Assembly: GCA_964373855.1 (NCBI GenBank)
Contig: CAYJWL010000001.1
Location: 1 to 51,131 of the forward strand
DNA from: an uncultured Candidatus Saccharibacteria bacterium
GTDB taxonomy: Bacteria > Patescibacteriota > Andersenbacteria > UBA10190
Length of the DNA: 51,131 nucleotides
Reading direction: 5' to 3'
Positions 43,294-51,131 of the stretch are shown in pieces. Each line of letters begins with the position of its first letter. The stretch's first letter is position 1. Below the pieces are notes generated by a model that searched no databases, had not been told where the DNA came from, and saw only the letters and a program-made list of their open reading frames with translations. A program made the position numbers and the translations under genes.

Positions 43294-44019
43294 TTATCCG
43301 AATAATCTTAAACGTAGTACCAGCCACAATGCTTCCCACATAATAGTTCGGCTCATTTTTGATTGACCTTGACGCCGCTCCGTAAAAATAATTGGTACTT
43401 CGGTAATGCGAAGATTCTTTTTCCAAGCCTGATGCAGCATAACGATCTGAAAGCCATACCCATCTGCTTGTATTTTCTCCCAGTTAAGATCCTGCAAGGC
43501 TGTACCGCGCCAGGCACGAAACCCGCCCGTAATGTCTTTATAAGGCAACCCCGTCATCATGCCCGAAAAAACATTGGCGCTGGTGCTCAATAGCAGCCGG
43601 CGCAATGGCCAATTTATAACACTTATGCCGTGCACGTACCGTGATCCGATGACGAGGTCATGCTCACTTAACGACTGCAATAGCTTGGGTACGTCATTGG
43701 GATCATGGGAAAAATCTGCATCCATTTGCACGATATGGTCAGCCCCTTGATCCAAGGCATATTGGAACCCATGAATATACGCCCGGCCCAACCCAGCCTT
43801 GTTCGGACGCGTCTCAAGATAGAGGCGAGGGTATATTGGCTGCAGTCTTTTTACGATCTGGCTAGTGCCATCGGGAGAATTATCGTCCACCACCAGGATC
43901 GAAAGATTTGGCGCGCTGATGGTAAACAGCTTGCTGATCAGATGCTCAATATTTTTTCCTTCGTTATATGTTGGAATTACCACCCACGGTTGTGTCATGA
44001 GGGAAGTATTATCAAACAA
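43294..44019 (-). CDS. GT2 polyprenol-phosphate mannose/sugar synthase (DPM1/Ppm1/CsbB-like)
   Basis: Contains VVIPTYNEGKNI...ILVVDDNSPDGT...NKAGLGRAYIHGF...QMDADFSHDP. Confidence 0.8.
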   Translation of the reverse strand: MFDNTSLMTQPWVVIPTYNEGKNIEHLISKLFTISAPNLSILVVDDNSPDGTSQIVKRLQPIYPRLYLETRPNKAGLGRAYIHGFQYALDQGADHIVQMDADFSHDPNDVPKLLQSLSEHDLVIGSRYVHGISVINWPLRRLLLSTSANVFSGMMTGLPYKDITGGFRAWRGTALQDLNWEKIQADGYGFQIVMLHQAWKKNLRITEVPIIFTERRQGQSKMSRTIMWEALWLVLRLRLFG

Positions 44020-44149
44020 TAACCAAGTATCAAGCCCGGCAGCGAAGCGGCTGCTTTTGGCGCGGGCTAAAATTCAGCCGCGTCAGGCCGTCGCTTGCCG
44101 CAGTGGGCTATGGCCTGCGCTGGTAGGATCCTCGATGCTTTAGATTTTT

Positions 44150-45433
44150 TTACGGCGCTACGATATCCTTAAGTACCGATAAGACTTCATCAACGCTAAT
44201 TACCGCTAAGCAGTTCTTGGTGGCTTGGCAACCGGGATTCATCCAGTCGATAAAATTCTGTTGCCTAGCTTCCGCCGGTGTTAAATTAACGAATGTCGTG
44301 TCTCCTTTGAGTAGCTTGATGTGCGGGCCGGTGGGGCCAAGAATAGTGCGATGTTTTTTTGCCGGATCGTCAATATAGCGATTAAGAAAATAAGCCGGGG
44401 CGGCACGCTCAATCCGCTGGTCTCCAAACAGCGTAATTGTTGGCAAGCCGGCAGCGGCGGCAAAGTGAAGTGGCCCGGATATCACGCCGATGCCCACATC
44501 ACACAGCGCCAGTGAGGCGATATTTTCTCGCAGGCTAACGGGCCGACCCTGATAGTAGCGCGCATGATGCGCGCCGAACCATATCGGATTAACACCATAT
44601 ATTCGAGATATTTCCTTCTCTAATTTCTTAGCTTTCGGCGGATCCCATCCCCGCGTTGTCGTTCCCTCAAGGCTCTCGAGCAAGACTATTCTGGGGTGAG
44701 GAAATTGGCTCATTATCTGATCGGCTACGGCCCGGTCAGGCGCAGAGAAATATAATTTATAATGGGAAAAACGCTCATCGGGCATGCCGAGGGCCTGATA
44801 CATTCGTTCGATCGGATTGTCACTGTGGCGCAAGCCAAAATCGAGTTCATGAACTTCGTTATAATGTCCTGATTGCTTTTGCGACTCATAATACGCCGCG
44901 CTCCATGTGGGTATGTGATACCCGTTTTCCTGGCAGATTGATCCGCCCAGTGAGAGCTTTGTATCGTGCCAATGGATAAGTTGATCAACATGGGGATTTG
45001 TCAGCATGAGATGAATACAAAAACCACCCTGGTTTCTCCAACCCCACACGTCGGCTTTTTCTAATTTCCAATTTCTGATTCTCCTTCTTCTGCTTTTAAA
45101 ACCCCAGGCGGTGACTAATGTTATGTGCGAATCCGGATATTTTTTTTTAAGCGTTTCTAATACCGGCGGAATGAAGAAAACCATGTCGCCCATGTTGCCC
45201 ACGTGACGAATAAGAATCTTTTTTCCGCCCACTTTTTCTGCGGCTCCCCGCACCAGATGCGTTGCAGCGGTACGGGGCAGGCCTGTCTCCAAGCTCCGAG
45301 GAATTTTTACCCCATATCCAGCTCTGCTGTGGTGCGGAGCCTTCGGGCCGGCTCGCCCGCCGTTCGACCCCGAGCTCACGGTCGAGGGACTGCCGAGCCA
45401 CCCGCTGGTAAATTTCATGGCGGTGTTGATCAT
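44150..45433 (-). CDS. GT9 family glycosyltransferase-like protein with a GC-rich N-terminal extension
   Basis: The core starts at KKILIRHVGNMGDMVFFIPP and contains ALCDVGIGVISGPLHFAAAAGLPTITLFG. The ATG at 45433 overlaps the upstream stop (ATGA). An alternative GTG start at 45232 would remove the low-complexity first 67 aa. Confidence 0.6.
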   Translation of the reverse strand: MINTAMKFTSGWLGSPSTVSSGSNGGRAGPKAPHHSRAGYGVKIPRSLETGLPRTAATHLVRGAAEKVGGKKILIRHVGNMGDMVFFIPPVLETLKKKYPDSHITLVTAWGFKSRRRRIRNWKLEKADVWGWRNQGGFCIHLMLTNPHVDQLIHWHDTKLSLGGSICQENGYHIPTWSAAYYESQKQSGHYNEVHELDFGLRHSDNPIERMYQALGMPDERFSHYKLYFSAPDRAVADQIMSQFPHPRIVLLESLEGTTTRGWDPPKAKKLEKEISRIYGVNPIWFGAHHARYYQGRPVSLRENIASLALCDVGIGVISGPLHFAAAAGLPTITLFGDQRIERAAPAYFLNRYIDDPAKKHRTILGPTGPHIKLLKGDTTFVNLTPAEARQQNFIDWMNPGCQATKNCLAVISVDEVLSVLKDIVAP

Positions 45434-46521
45434 GCTGCGCTCTTGAATGTCTTAACAAGCATTTTCAGCCGGGCGGCTGACTCTTCGTAATCATATTTTC
45501 GTAGTTTCTCCCTGGCTGCTCGTACCACGAGATTGTAATGGTCTGCATCTGTTAGGAGTGTGCGGCCCAGTGTCACCAGTGCATCAACGGAAGTTTCGGG
45601 AGTGGAAGCCAGCTGCGGGAATAAATCAAGCTGACCATCCGAGTTTGCGCCCAAGCTTGGCGTGCCCACCGCTGCGCAATCCACCTGTACTCGTCCGCGC
45701 GTAAGAGTGTAATCTGTATTAATCACGAGTATTTTTTGGGCTAGTTCAGGCAGGTGCTCGCGCCATTGCCGGAAGGGTATAACTCTATACCTGGATCCTT
45801 TCAGGTTGGTTAGATCAGTCGGCACACCGGGAATTTCTGTTATATCAATCATATATTGAGGAAACTCTCGCTGCAGGAGCTTGGCAACAAGAAGTCCCTT
45901 GGGAATATCAGGCCGGTCAGTAATGCCGGCTACAAACAGCACCTTTTCTTTTTTGGCTCGCGGCAGAAAGGAGCGGCTAGCGTAGCTGCTTGGATAGATT
46001 TGCGGCAAATAAACAATCGGGGTAGCTGTCATTGATTCGTACCACTGCTTGGTTTGCTTTACGACAGTCAAAAATACATCGCAGGCATTCATAAACTCTA
46101 TAAAATCCGATTTTGCCCTTATGTCCTTATCAAGGTAAACCTGCAGCAGTCCCAACGGCTGAGTCGGCACCCCGAGAACAAAAATATTGGGGTAACGCTG
46201 CTTAAGGCGCTTTATGAACGTCACCATCTCATGGGCATCGCTTAACTGGTGAACGGCTAGAATAGTATCAAATTTTTGCATGTACGATAGGCTAGACATA
46301 GCCGGCCAGTAGCCAAACATACGCTTAAACACTTTTTTCCACAGCGTCGGTTTTACCAACCACGTCAATGGAATGTGTTCCCCTTCGAGGACTGTTACAT
46401 AGCCCCCGAAGCTGGTGGGATCAATCTCTTTTTGCGGATCGGCCAAATAATTGGGCCGTCCCGGAACGTGTTTCCAGATCTCCCCGGACTTGCTTGAATA
46501 TTCGACAACGCCAAATTTCAT
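45430..46521 (-). CDS. hypothetical protein, possibly a divergent GT-B-fold glycosyltransferase
   Basis: 363 aa and soluble. The C-terminal RGRVQVDCAAVGTPSLGANSDGQLDLFP weakly resembles a GT-B donor-site region. Confidence 0.4.
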   Translation of the reverse strand: MKFGVVEYSSKSGEIWKHVPGRPNYLADPQKEIDPTSFGGYVTVLEGEHIPLTWLVKPTLWKKVFKRMFGYWPAMSSLSYMQKFDTILAVHQLSDAHEMVTFIKRLKQRYPNIFVLGVPTQPLGLLQVYLDKDIRAKSDFIEFMNACDVFLTVVKQTKQWYESMTATPIVYLPQIYPSSYASRSFLPRAKKEKVLFVAGITDRPDIPKGLLVAKLLQREFPQYMIDITEIPGVPTDLTNLKGSRYRVIPFRQWREHLPELAQKILVINTDYTLTRGRVQVDCAAVGTPSLGANSDGQLDLFPQLASTPETSVDALVTLGRTLLTDADHYNLVVRAAREKLRKYDYEESAARLKMLVKTFKSAA

Positions 46522-46592
46522 GTTTGAAGTTATGTATCACTAAACATTTCTTGTCAAATGATGCGCGTATAATCCTTCACGAGGATTAAAAG

Positions 46593-48185
46593 CTACACAC
46601 GAGCGGAGTACTTAAGAAACTTTTCCTTGAGCATTCCTACAACCTCGTGCATCTCCCGAATCCCCCATATGAATGAAGCGCCGAAATAAACGGCCGAGCC
46701 AATCACCGCGGGAATCAATACTTGCAGGAGGGCCGAGAGTTTAGAGGGTACGGGAAGGGCCTGCGCGATCGGGCGCAGCAAGATGATAACTGCTGCCAGA
46801 ACTAATCCTAAGAAAAGAGTCTGCGCATATGTCCGGTGCCAAAAAACCCGCATCAGCCCCGGAATATATTTCGAGAGATGCAGGAAATACAACAGGGTTA
46901 TAGCCAAGGGGACGAGTGAGGAAGCCAGCGCTAGCCCGGCATGGGCCATAACCGGAACCAATAACAGAAAAAGAAACGCTGCGATCGCTTGTGAGGCAAT
47001 CGTAATGGCCACTGCCGCTCGTGTGTGCTGTATGGCTAAGACGGTATGGCCGAAGACCGAGCTGATGCCATTAGTTATCAGGCCAATCACCAGCCAGAGC
47101 AGCGCGATGCTGGTAAGCCGTGCATCCTCCGGCGTGAAGGAACCGCGCTGGTAGACCAGAGAGATGAAGGGTTCACGCAGGAGAGCTACTGCAATAACAA
47201 TCGGCAGCGTAGTAAAGAAAATAAGTCGGATGGCGGAAGCCATGGTGTGCTGCACCCCGGCCAGATCCCGCCTACTGGCCTTGGCCGATAACAACGGATA
47301 GATAACCATCGTCACAGAATTCAGAAACATGATGGTGATAAGCTGCGTGATTTTTTCCGCAAACTTCAATGACGCCAGGCTGCCCGCGGATAAATCTGAA
47401 ACCAAAATCCGGTAAATAATACCAGCTGCCTGAGTCATTAAGATCGAAAAAACAAAAGGGTATACGAGCCAGATGAGTTTTTTGATCGTGGCATCGGCCG
47501 GCTGGAAAACAAAACGATATGATAAGCCTTGTTTGTGTAATCCATAGACGAGAATTGTAAACTGGATTATAGAACCGGCTAAAGATCCTGCCGCCAGGGC
47601 AAAAATGCCCAGGCGATTTACGAACAGCAAGATAGCTACGATCGAAATAAGCGGAGCGACAACGCGCAACAGTGCCGGTAGTGAGAAGATTTTTAAGGCA
47701 TGAAGCATCGAAGTAGCCAGCTCCACCAGGAAAAGGAATAAAAAGGACGGGAGCAGAACTCTAAGCAAAGTCACAGTCAGGTGAAATGTTCCTTCGTCAA
47801 ATCCCGGAGCGACGAAGCGGATAAAAGGTTCGGCGAAAACGGCAATCAGGATTCCGGCGGCCAGATAGAGCGCGCCAGTAAGATGGAAAATATTCAGCGC
47901 GGTTTGCCAGGCTGATTGCCTGTTGCCTTGAGTTAGCCTCTCCACAAACAGAGGTATAAAAACAGCCGTGATCGAACCGCCCATCAATATTTTAAGCAGC
48001 AATTCAGAGGTTGATTGGGCCATGAAGTAAGCATCAGTTTGGTTTCCTGCGCCAAAATAATAAGCGACTAACAGCTGGAGAAGGAAACCGACGATCGCAC
48101 CGAGAAATGCGGTTAGGCCGATCATGCCGGCATTACCTGCTGTTTGACGGAACTCTGCGTCCGGCGGGATATTTGGTTTTGTCAT
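46593..48185 (-). CDS. murJ: MurJ/MviN-family lipid-linked oligosaccharide flippase (MOP superfamily)
   Basis: Contains LLVAYYFGAGNQTDAYFMAQS...ITAVFIPLFVE and about 14 TM helices. Confidence 0.7.
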   Translation of the reverse strand: MTKPNIPPDAEFRQTAGNAGMIGLTAFLGAIVGFLLQLLVAYYFGAGNQTDAYFMAQSTSELLLKILMGGSITAVFIPLFVERLTQGNRQSAWQTALNIFHLTGALYLAAGILIAVFAEPFIRFVAPGFDEGTFHLTVTLLRVLLPSFLFLFLVELATSMLHALKIFSLPALLRVVAPLISIVAILLFVNRLGIFALAAGSLAGSIIQFTILVYGLHKQGLSYRFVFQPADATIKKLIWLVYPFVFSILMTQAAGIIYRILVSDLSAGSLASLKFAEKITQLITIMFLNSVTMVIYPLLSAKASRRDLAGVQHTMASAIRLIFFTTLPIVIAVALLREPFISLVYQRGSFTPEDARLTSIALLWLVIGLITNGISSVFGHTVLAIQHTRAAVAITIASQAIAAFLFLLLVPVMAHAGLALASSLVPLAITLLYFLHLSKYIPGLMRVFWHRTYAQTLFLGLVLAAVIILLRPIAQALPVPSKLSALLQVLIPAVIGSAVYFGASFIWGIREMHEVVGMLKEKFLKYSARV

Positions 48186-49639
48186 ATCAGCATGAGCTCA
48201 AGTGTCCTGGCGCCTACCTGCCATAGATCAAACAGCGCCAGCAGCGCTATGGCTGCCAAGAGGACGCGAACGAGCCGATCTTTTTTGCCCAAAAAATTGT
48301 ACAGGATTTGCAAACCATGTCCGGCAAAAAATGCCAGGGCAAAGACGACAAGGATGACAAGGTAGGCAGGTGGCAGCGGCAGCACGAGGGCGGCAGCGCT
48401 GGCTGCTGCCGGGACAAGACTGACCAGAGCGGCGCTAGCCAAAAATAATAGCATTACTTTATGGGTACGTCCCCGACCCAATCCCACGGCGGCGGCGAGA
48501 ATATATGGTATGCCCGTATATGCTCCGAAGTGATCCCATGGCAGTGCCACATCTTCAGATAAGCTCTTGAGCGAATCCGATACCTGGTGAGGGTCAAGAA
48601 ACACATCACGCGGGTGAGCAACAATCGCACCGGGTGCCGCTGCGGGCAGGCCAGCCAGGCCCCTCCAAACAAACAGGATTATAGCTAACACTGCGACAAC
48701 ACCTACGACCATTACCCTTGGTGAAACCCGGCGGGCTATGGGCTGCAGCAGACGCTGGGCAGCTAGCACAACTAAGGGAAGCAGCGAGGCCATAAGATAC
48801 CAGGGTCTGCCGGCACCAAGCTGCAGGGCATACCAGGTTGTGAACGCAAACAAGTGGGCGCCGAACAAGGAGGGTACTATTGTCATATATCGACGCAGCA
48901 GCAGATACATGCCGGCTAACGCTATGGCCTGGCTTATAATAAGTAAAAATGGATACGCGCCAACGGTTATGACCGATACAGCTTGCAGGTGAGAGACAGC
49001 CAGGGCATAGAGGGCAAGTGAGGCGTATCTGGCAACCATGTTGCGTTTCGGCAGCCACCACAGCAGCACGCCCAGTGTCATAAACCCGGCTAGCTGAAGG
49101 GCAACTGTGGGACGCTCGGCAACATACGCCTGATAGGCCGCGGGATTTGCCAGTTCGCTGTTGTTTATGAATGATTTGGCATGAGCCGGATTGAATGTTT
49201 CATCCTGAACCCGCAGCTGCCAGCCAACTTTTTGATGAAGCTCTGGCGGAATGGATAGTACGGCCAGCAAAGTTTCACCTACTTGTGTGGCAACGGGAGG
49301 ATTAAAGTGGATTTCAGTTGCGCCTGTCTCGTCCAGAAAAACTGTAGGTATTTCTTTGGTAATAATTAAACTGTCACCGCGCCATAGCTGGAGCGTTATG
49401 GCAGCATCAGGTAATTCATCCTGAAGAGCCCGAATGTAAAAACCCAGTCGCGATAATGAGGCGCGAAAGGCAATGAAGGAATGCTTATATTCCTTGCCAT
49501 GATCAAAAATTATGGTGTTGGCTCCGCCTTCAGATGGCCGCAAATCTAAAAACAACCGGTCGGCACGGGCGTTAGCAAGCAACCCGGCGATAATCAACAA
49601 AACGACGCTGACAAAAATTTTGCGTCCGTCGGGAATCAT
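48182..49639 (-). CDS. polytopic membrane protein with an N-terminal anchored extracytoplasmic module
   Basis: 485 aa with an ATGA overlap to the MurJ-like gene. An N-terminal TM is followed by the recurrent module (about 49115-49500) and then about 9 TM helices. Confidence 0.55.
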   Translation of the reverse strand: MIPDGRKIFVSVVLLIIAGLLANARADRLFLDLRPSEGGANTIIFDHGKEYKHSFIAFRASLSRLGFYIRALQDELPDAAITLQLWRGDSLIITKEIPTVFLDETGATEIHFNPPVATQVGETLLAVLSIPPELHQKVGWQLRVQDETFNPAHAKSFINNSELANPAAYQAYVAERPTVALQLAGFMTLGVLLWWLPKRNMVARYASLALYALAVSHLQAVSVITVGAYPFLLIISQAIALAGMYLLLRRYMTIVPSLFGAHLFAFTTWYALQLGAGRPWYLMASLLPLVVLAAQRLLQPIARRVSPRVMVVGVVAVLAIILFVWRGLAGLPAAAPGAIVAHPRDVFLDPHQVSDSLKSLSEDVALPWDHFGAYTGIPYILAAAVGLGRGRTHKVMLLFLASAALVSLVPAAASAAALVLPLPPAYLVILVVFALAFFAGHGLQILYNFLGKKDRLVRVLLAAIALLALFDLWQVGARTLELMLI

Positions 49640-49640
49640 T

Positions 49641-49817
49641 TTAGCGTTTAACTAATAGGAGGATAAAGCCGATGAAAGCAGTGGCTGATACAACCAGGTA
49701 GACCGAAGCAGAATACGTGGCCGGATGCAACCAGCGCGCTGTGGCTATGCCGCCCGCCGCCACCAAACATATCCAGGGGACGACATGGGCGTAGCTGCTC
49801 ACAGGACGATATTTCAC
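49641..49817 (-). CDS. candidate small two-TM membrane protein (58 codons), below the ORF-track size cut-off
   Basis: My translation is (V)KYRPVSSYAHVVPWICLVAAGGIATARWLHPATYSASVYLVVSATAFIGFILLLVKR. The GTG at 49817 overlaps the upstream stop (GTGA). The TAA at 49641-49643 is 1 nt before the next ATG (49639). An alternative GTG lies at 49802. Confidence 0.4.
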   Translation of the reverse strand: MKYRPVSSYAHVVPWICLVAAGGIATARWLHPATYSASVYLVVSATAFIGFILLLVKR

Positions 49818-50416
49818 AACGGTCTCTCTCTACGAATAATACTGCCAAGATAGTTTTTTACCTCGACCGCGCTTGGCCAAGTCGATTCCGTTTTCGCTGT
49901 CAGATTGTGCAGTTCCCAGTCAACGGCATCAAAGACACCTTCGTCTTCGGAGGCGGTGGAGACAGCCGTCGTGGCAAAGAACATTATGTCAATAGACCGG
50001 TCAGTATCCTGAATAGCGGTGGAAATGGGTAGTAACAGTTCCCGGCTTTGCACGCCCGGTCTGTCCGTGGCCATGTTGTATATGTTCACTTTTGGGTAGC
50101 TTAACCAAAAGGAATTGGCACGCACACCCACCGCCAGCTCCTTCGTGTGCTTTGGATTAAATGTAATAGTTAGACGTAAATTTTTTGCCAGCACCGGCTC
50201 TTGTAAATAGATGTCAGCGTGAGCCAGCTTCTCCGTAATCAGCACGGCATTGTCCGGCCGGGGAAACGGGATGCCGTCTATGTTTTCAAGCGCGCTAATA
50301 TCACGGTTGCCAGTGACAGTCAGCGAGATTCCAAACAGAGCGCCCGTTACTATGATAGCGCCTGCGCTTATGAAAATTATTGGCAACCAGCTCGCCTCTC
50401 GCGGGTGCGATCTCAT
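49814..50416 (-). CDS. bitopic protein with an N-terminal TM anchor and extracytoplasmic domain, hypothetical
   Basis: The ATG at 50416 forms an ATGA overlap with the upstream stop. Contains MRSHPREASWLPIIFISAGAIIVTGALFGI followed by a soluble domain of about 165 aa. Confidence 0.5.
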   Translation of the reverse strand: MRSHPREASWLPIIFISAGAIIVTGALFGISLTVTGNRDISALENIDGIPFPRPDNAVLITEKLAHADIYLQEPVLAKNLRLTITFNPKHTKELAVGVRANSFWLSYPKVNIYNMATDRPGVQSRELLLPISTAIQDTDRSIDIMFFATTAVSTASEDEGVFDAVDWELHNLTAKTESTWPSAVEVKNYLGSIIRRERPL

Positions 50417-51131
50417 ATATTGTTGTAGTGTCCGGTCTGCAACCATCGCAGAGCAGGGTGGATGGAAGCAAGGCGGCGCCGGTCGTCAGGGGTGATTTCG
50501 CCGAGAAGATATAAAATGCCCACGTACAGGACCAGCAGAACAACGTATTCGACAGGCAAAAGAGCGGCGGGCAATAGCCAAACATATGTTGGCAGCACGA
50601 TTACAACGGTAGCCAGCAAGACATTGAGCGTGCTTTTCACCGGCAACGGCAATCGAAATGCCTTAAATGTATAAGCGGATAACACCGCCAGGCCGAGCAG
50701 AGCCGCTAACGTCGTCTGCCAGGCTGCGCCAACCAGTCCAAAACGAGGGATGGTCTGCAGACCGGTCATGGCACTCATAGCTATCATCGCCACCAGCACA
50801 CATAAGCTGATTCGTGCTCGGCCCGCGCCCGCCGTTATGTAGGACAGGAGCAAGAAGAAGGCGAGTGCACACAAGCCGATCATCAATACGCTTAGAGAAG
50901 GAGCTGCGGGCAAGAAAGATTCAGAATAAAATAAGGTAATGAGCTGTTGACTGGTGGCTGCCGCCAAGGCGGCACCCGGTATGATGAGGGCAATGAGGTA
51001 CCGAAGTGTGTCTTTTATAAACCTGACAGCCGCCTCGCGGTTTGCTCCCGGTTTTGTTAGAACCGACACGCTCGGCAGCAGGATAAATGCTAAAGCCTGT
51101 AACAGCGCGTAAGGACAACGTGATAAAGACA
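50413..51131 (-). CDS. Wzx-like oligosaccharide flippase (MOP superfamily), C-terminal part, truncated by the window edge
   Basis: Six or more TM helices with a pattern typical of polysaccharide-biosynthesis (Wzx) C-terminal regions. The frame appears open to the end of the window. Confidence 0.5.
   Translation of the reverse strand, partial: SLSRCPYALLQALAFILLPSVSVLTKPGANREAAVRFIKDTLRYLIALIIPGAALAAATSQQLITLFYSESFLPAAPSLSVLMIGLCALAFFLLLSYITAGAGRARISLCVLVAMIAMSAMTGLQTIPRFGLVGAAWQTTLAALLGLAVLSAYTFKAFRLPLPVKSTLNVLLATVVIVLPTYVWLLPAALLPVEYVVLLVLYVGILYLLGEITPDDRRRLASIHPALRWLQTGHYNNI

Noticed and set aside
44020-44149. A terminator between the GT9-like and DPM1-like genes, suggested by the nested hairpin AGCCCG-GCAGC-gaagcg-GCTGC-...-CGGGCT.
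   Set aside because: On the transcribed (minus) strand the hairpin is not followed by a U-tract. It may still be a processing or stability element, or precede an internal promoter (TTGATA-N16-TAATAC), but the evidence is too weak to annotate it.
1-51131. Mobile genetic elements, CRISPR arrays, tRNA/rRNA genes, and toxin-antitoxin or phage-defence systems.
   Set aside because: No transposase, integrase or recombinase-like ORF was found. There are no regularly spaced direct repeats, no cloverleaf or T-loop candidates in the few intergenic regions, and no nuclease, ATPase or toxin-like small gene pairs.

Overview
This 51.1-kb window is almost entirely coding, with about 45 CDS. Many are joined by 1-4 nt start/stop overlaps. 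I found no rRNA, tRNA, CRISPR array, transposase or integrase. It is a large cell-envelope glycan / glycoconjugate biosynthesis supercluster.

Gene content, called by motif recognition from the translations (no database search was possible):
- Three YfhO-like and two ArnT/PMT-like (GT39/GT83) polytopic GT-C candidates, plus four more large polytopic proteins.
- Two GT2 polyprenol-phosphate-sugar-synthase-like genes. One sits next to a YfhO-like gene, the other next to a DUF2304-like gene.
- Six GT4, two GT9, one further GT2 and two divergent GT-B-like genes.
- Three SDR epimerase/dehydratases, a TylCIII-type C-methyltransferase, a cupin, and a Gfo/Idh/MocA oxidoreductase.
- An IMPase-family phosphatase, an AsnB-like amidotransferase, a SAM methyltransferase and a CE4 deacetylase.
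- A MurJ-like and a Wzx-like MOP flippase, and a pilin-like protein.

Most notable observations:
1. A roughly 120-aa extracytoplasmic module recurs in at least six otherwise different membrane proteins.
2. Three GC-rich modules of about 145-160 bp, each closed by long inverted repeats, lie within 610 bp. One is inserted in frame in the Rossmann domain of the oxidoreductase. The other two form a 354-nt intra-operon spacer.
3. A pilin-like gene with a non-canonical leader sits head-to-head with a GT-C gene.
4. There is an unannotated 58-codon two-TM ORF.
5. A perfect consensus promoter drives a structured, terminator-ended leader.
6. Six convergent gene junctions have no terminator, and two of them have overlapping stop codons.

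Taxon cannot be determined from this window. The compact architecture and pilin-type motif are compatible with an uncultivated small-genome lineage, but that is inference.
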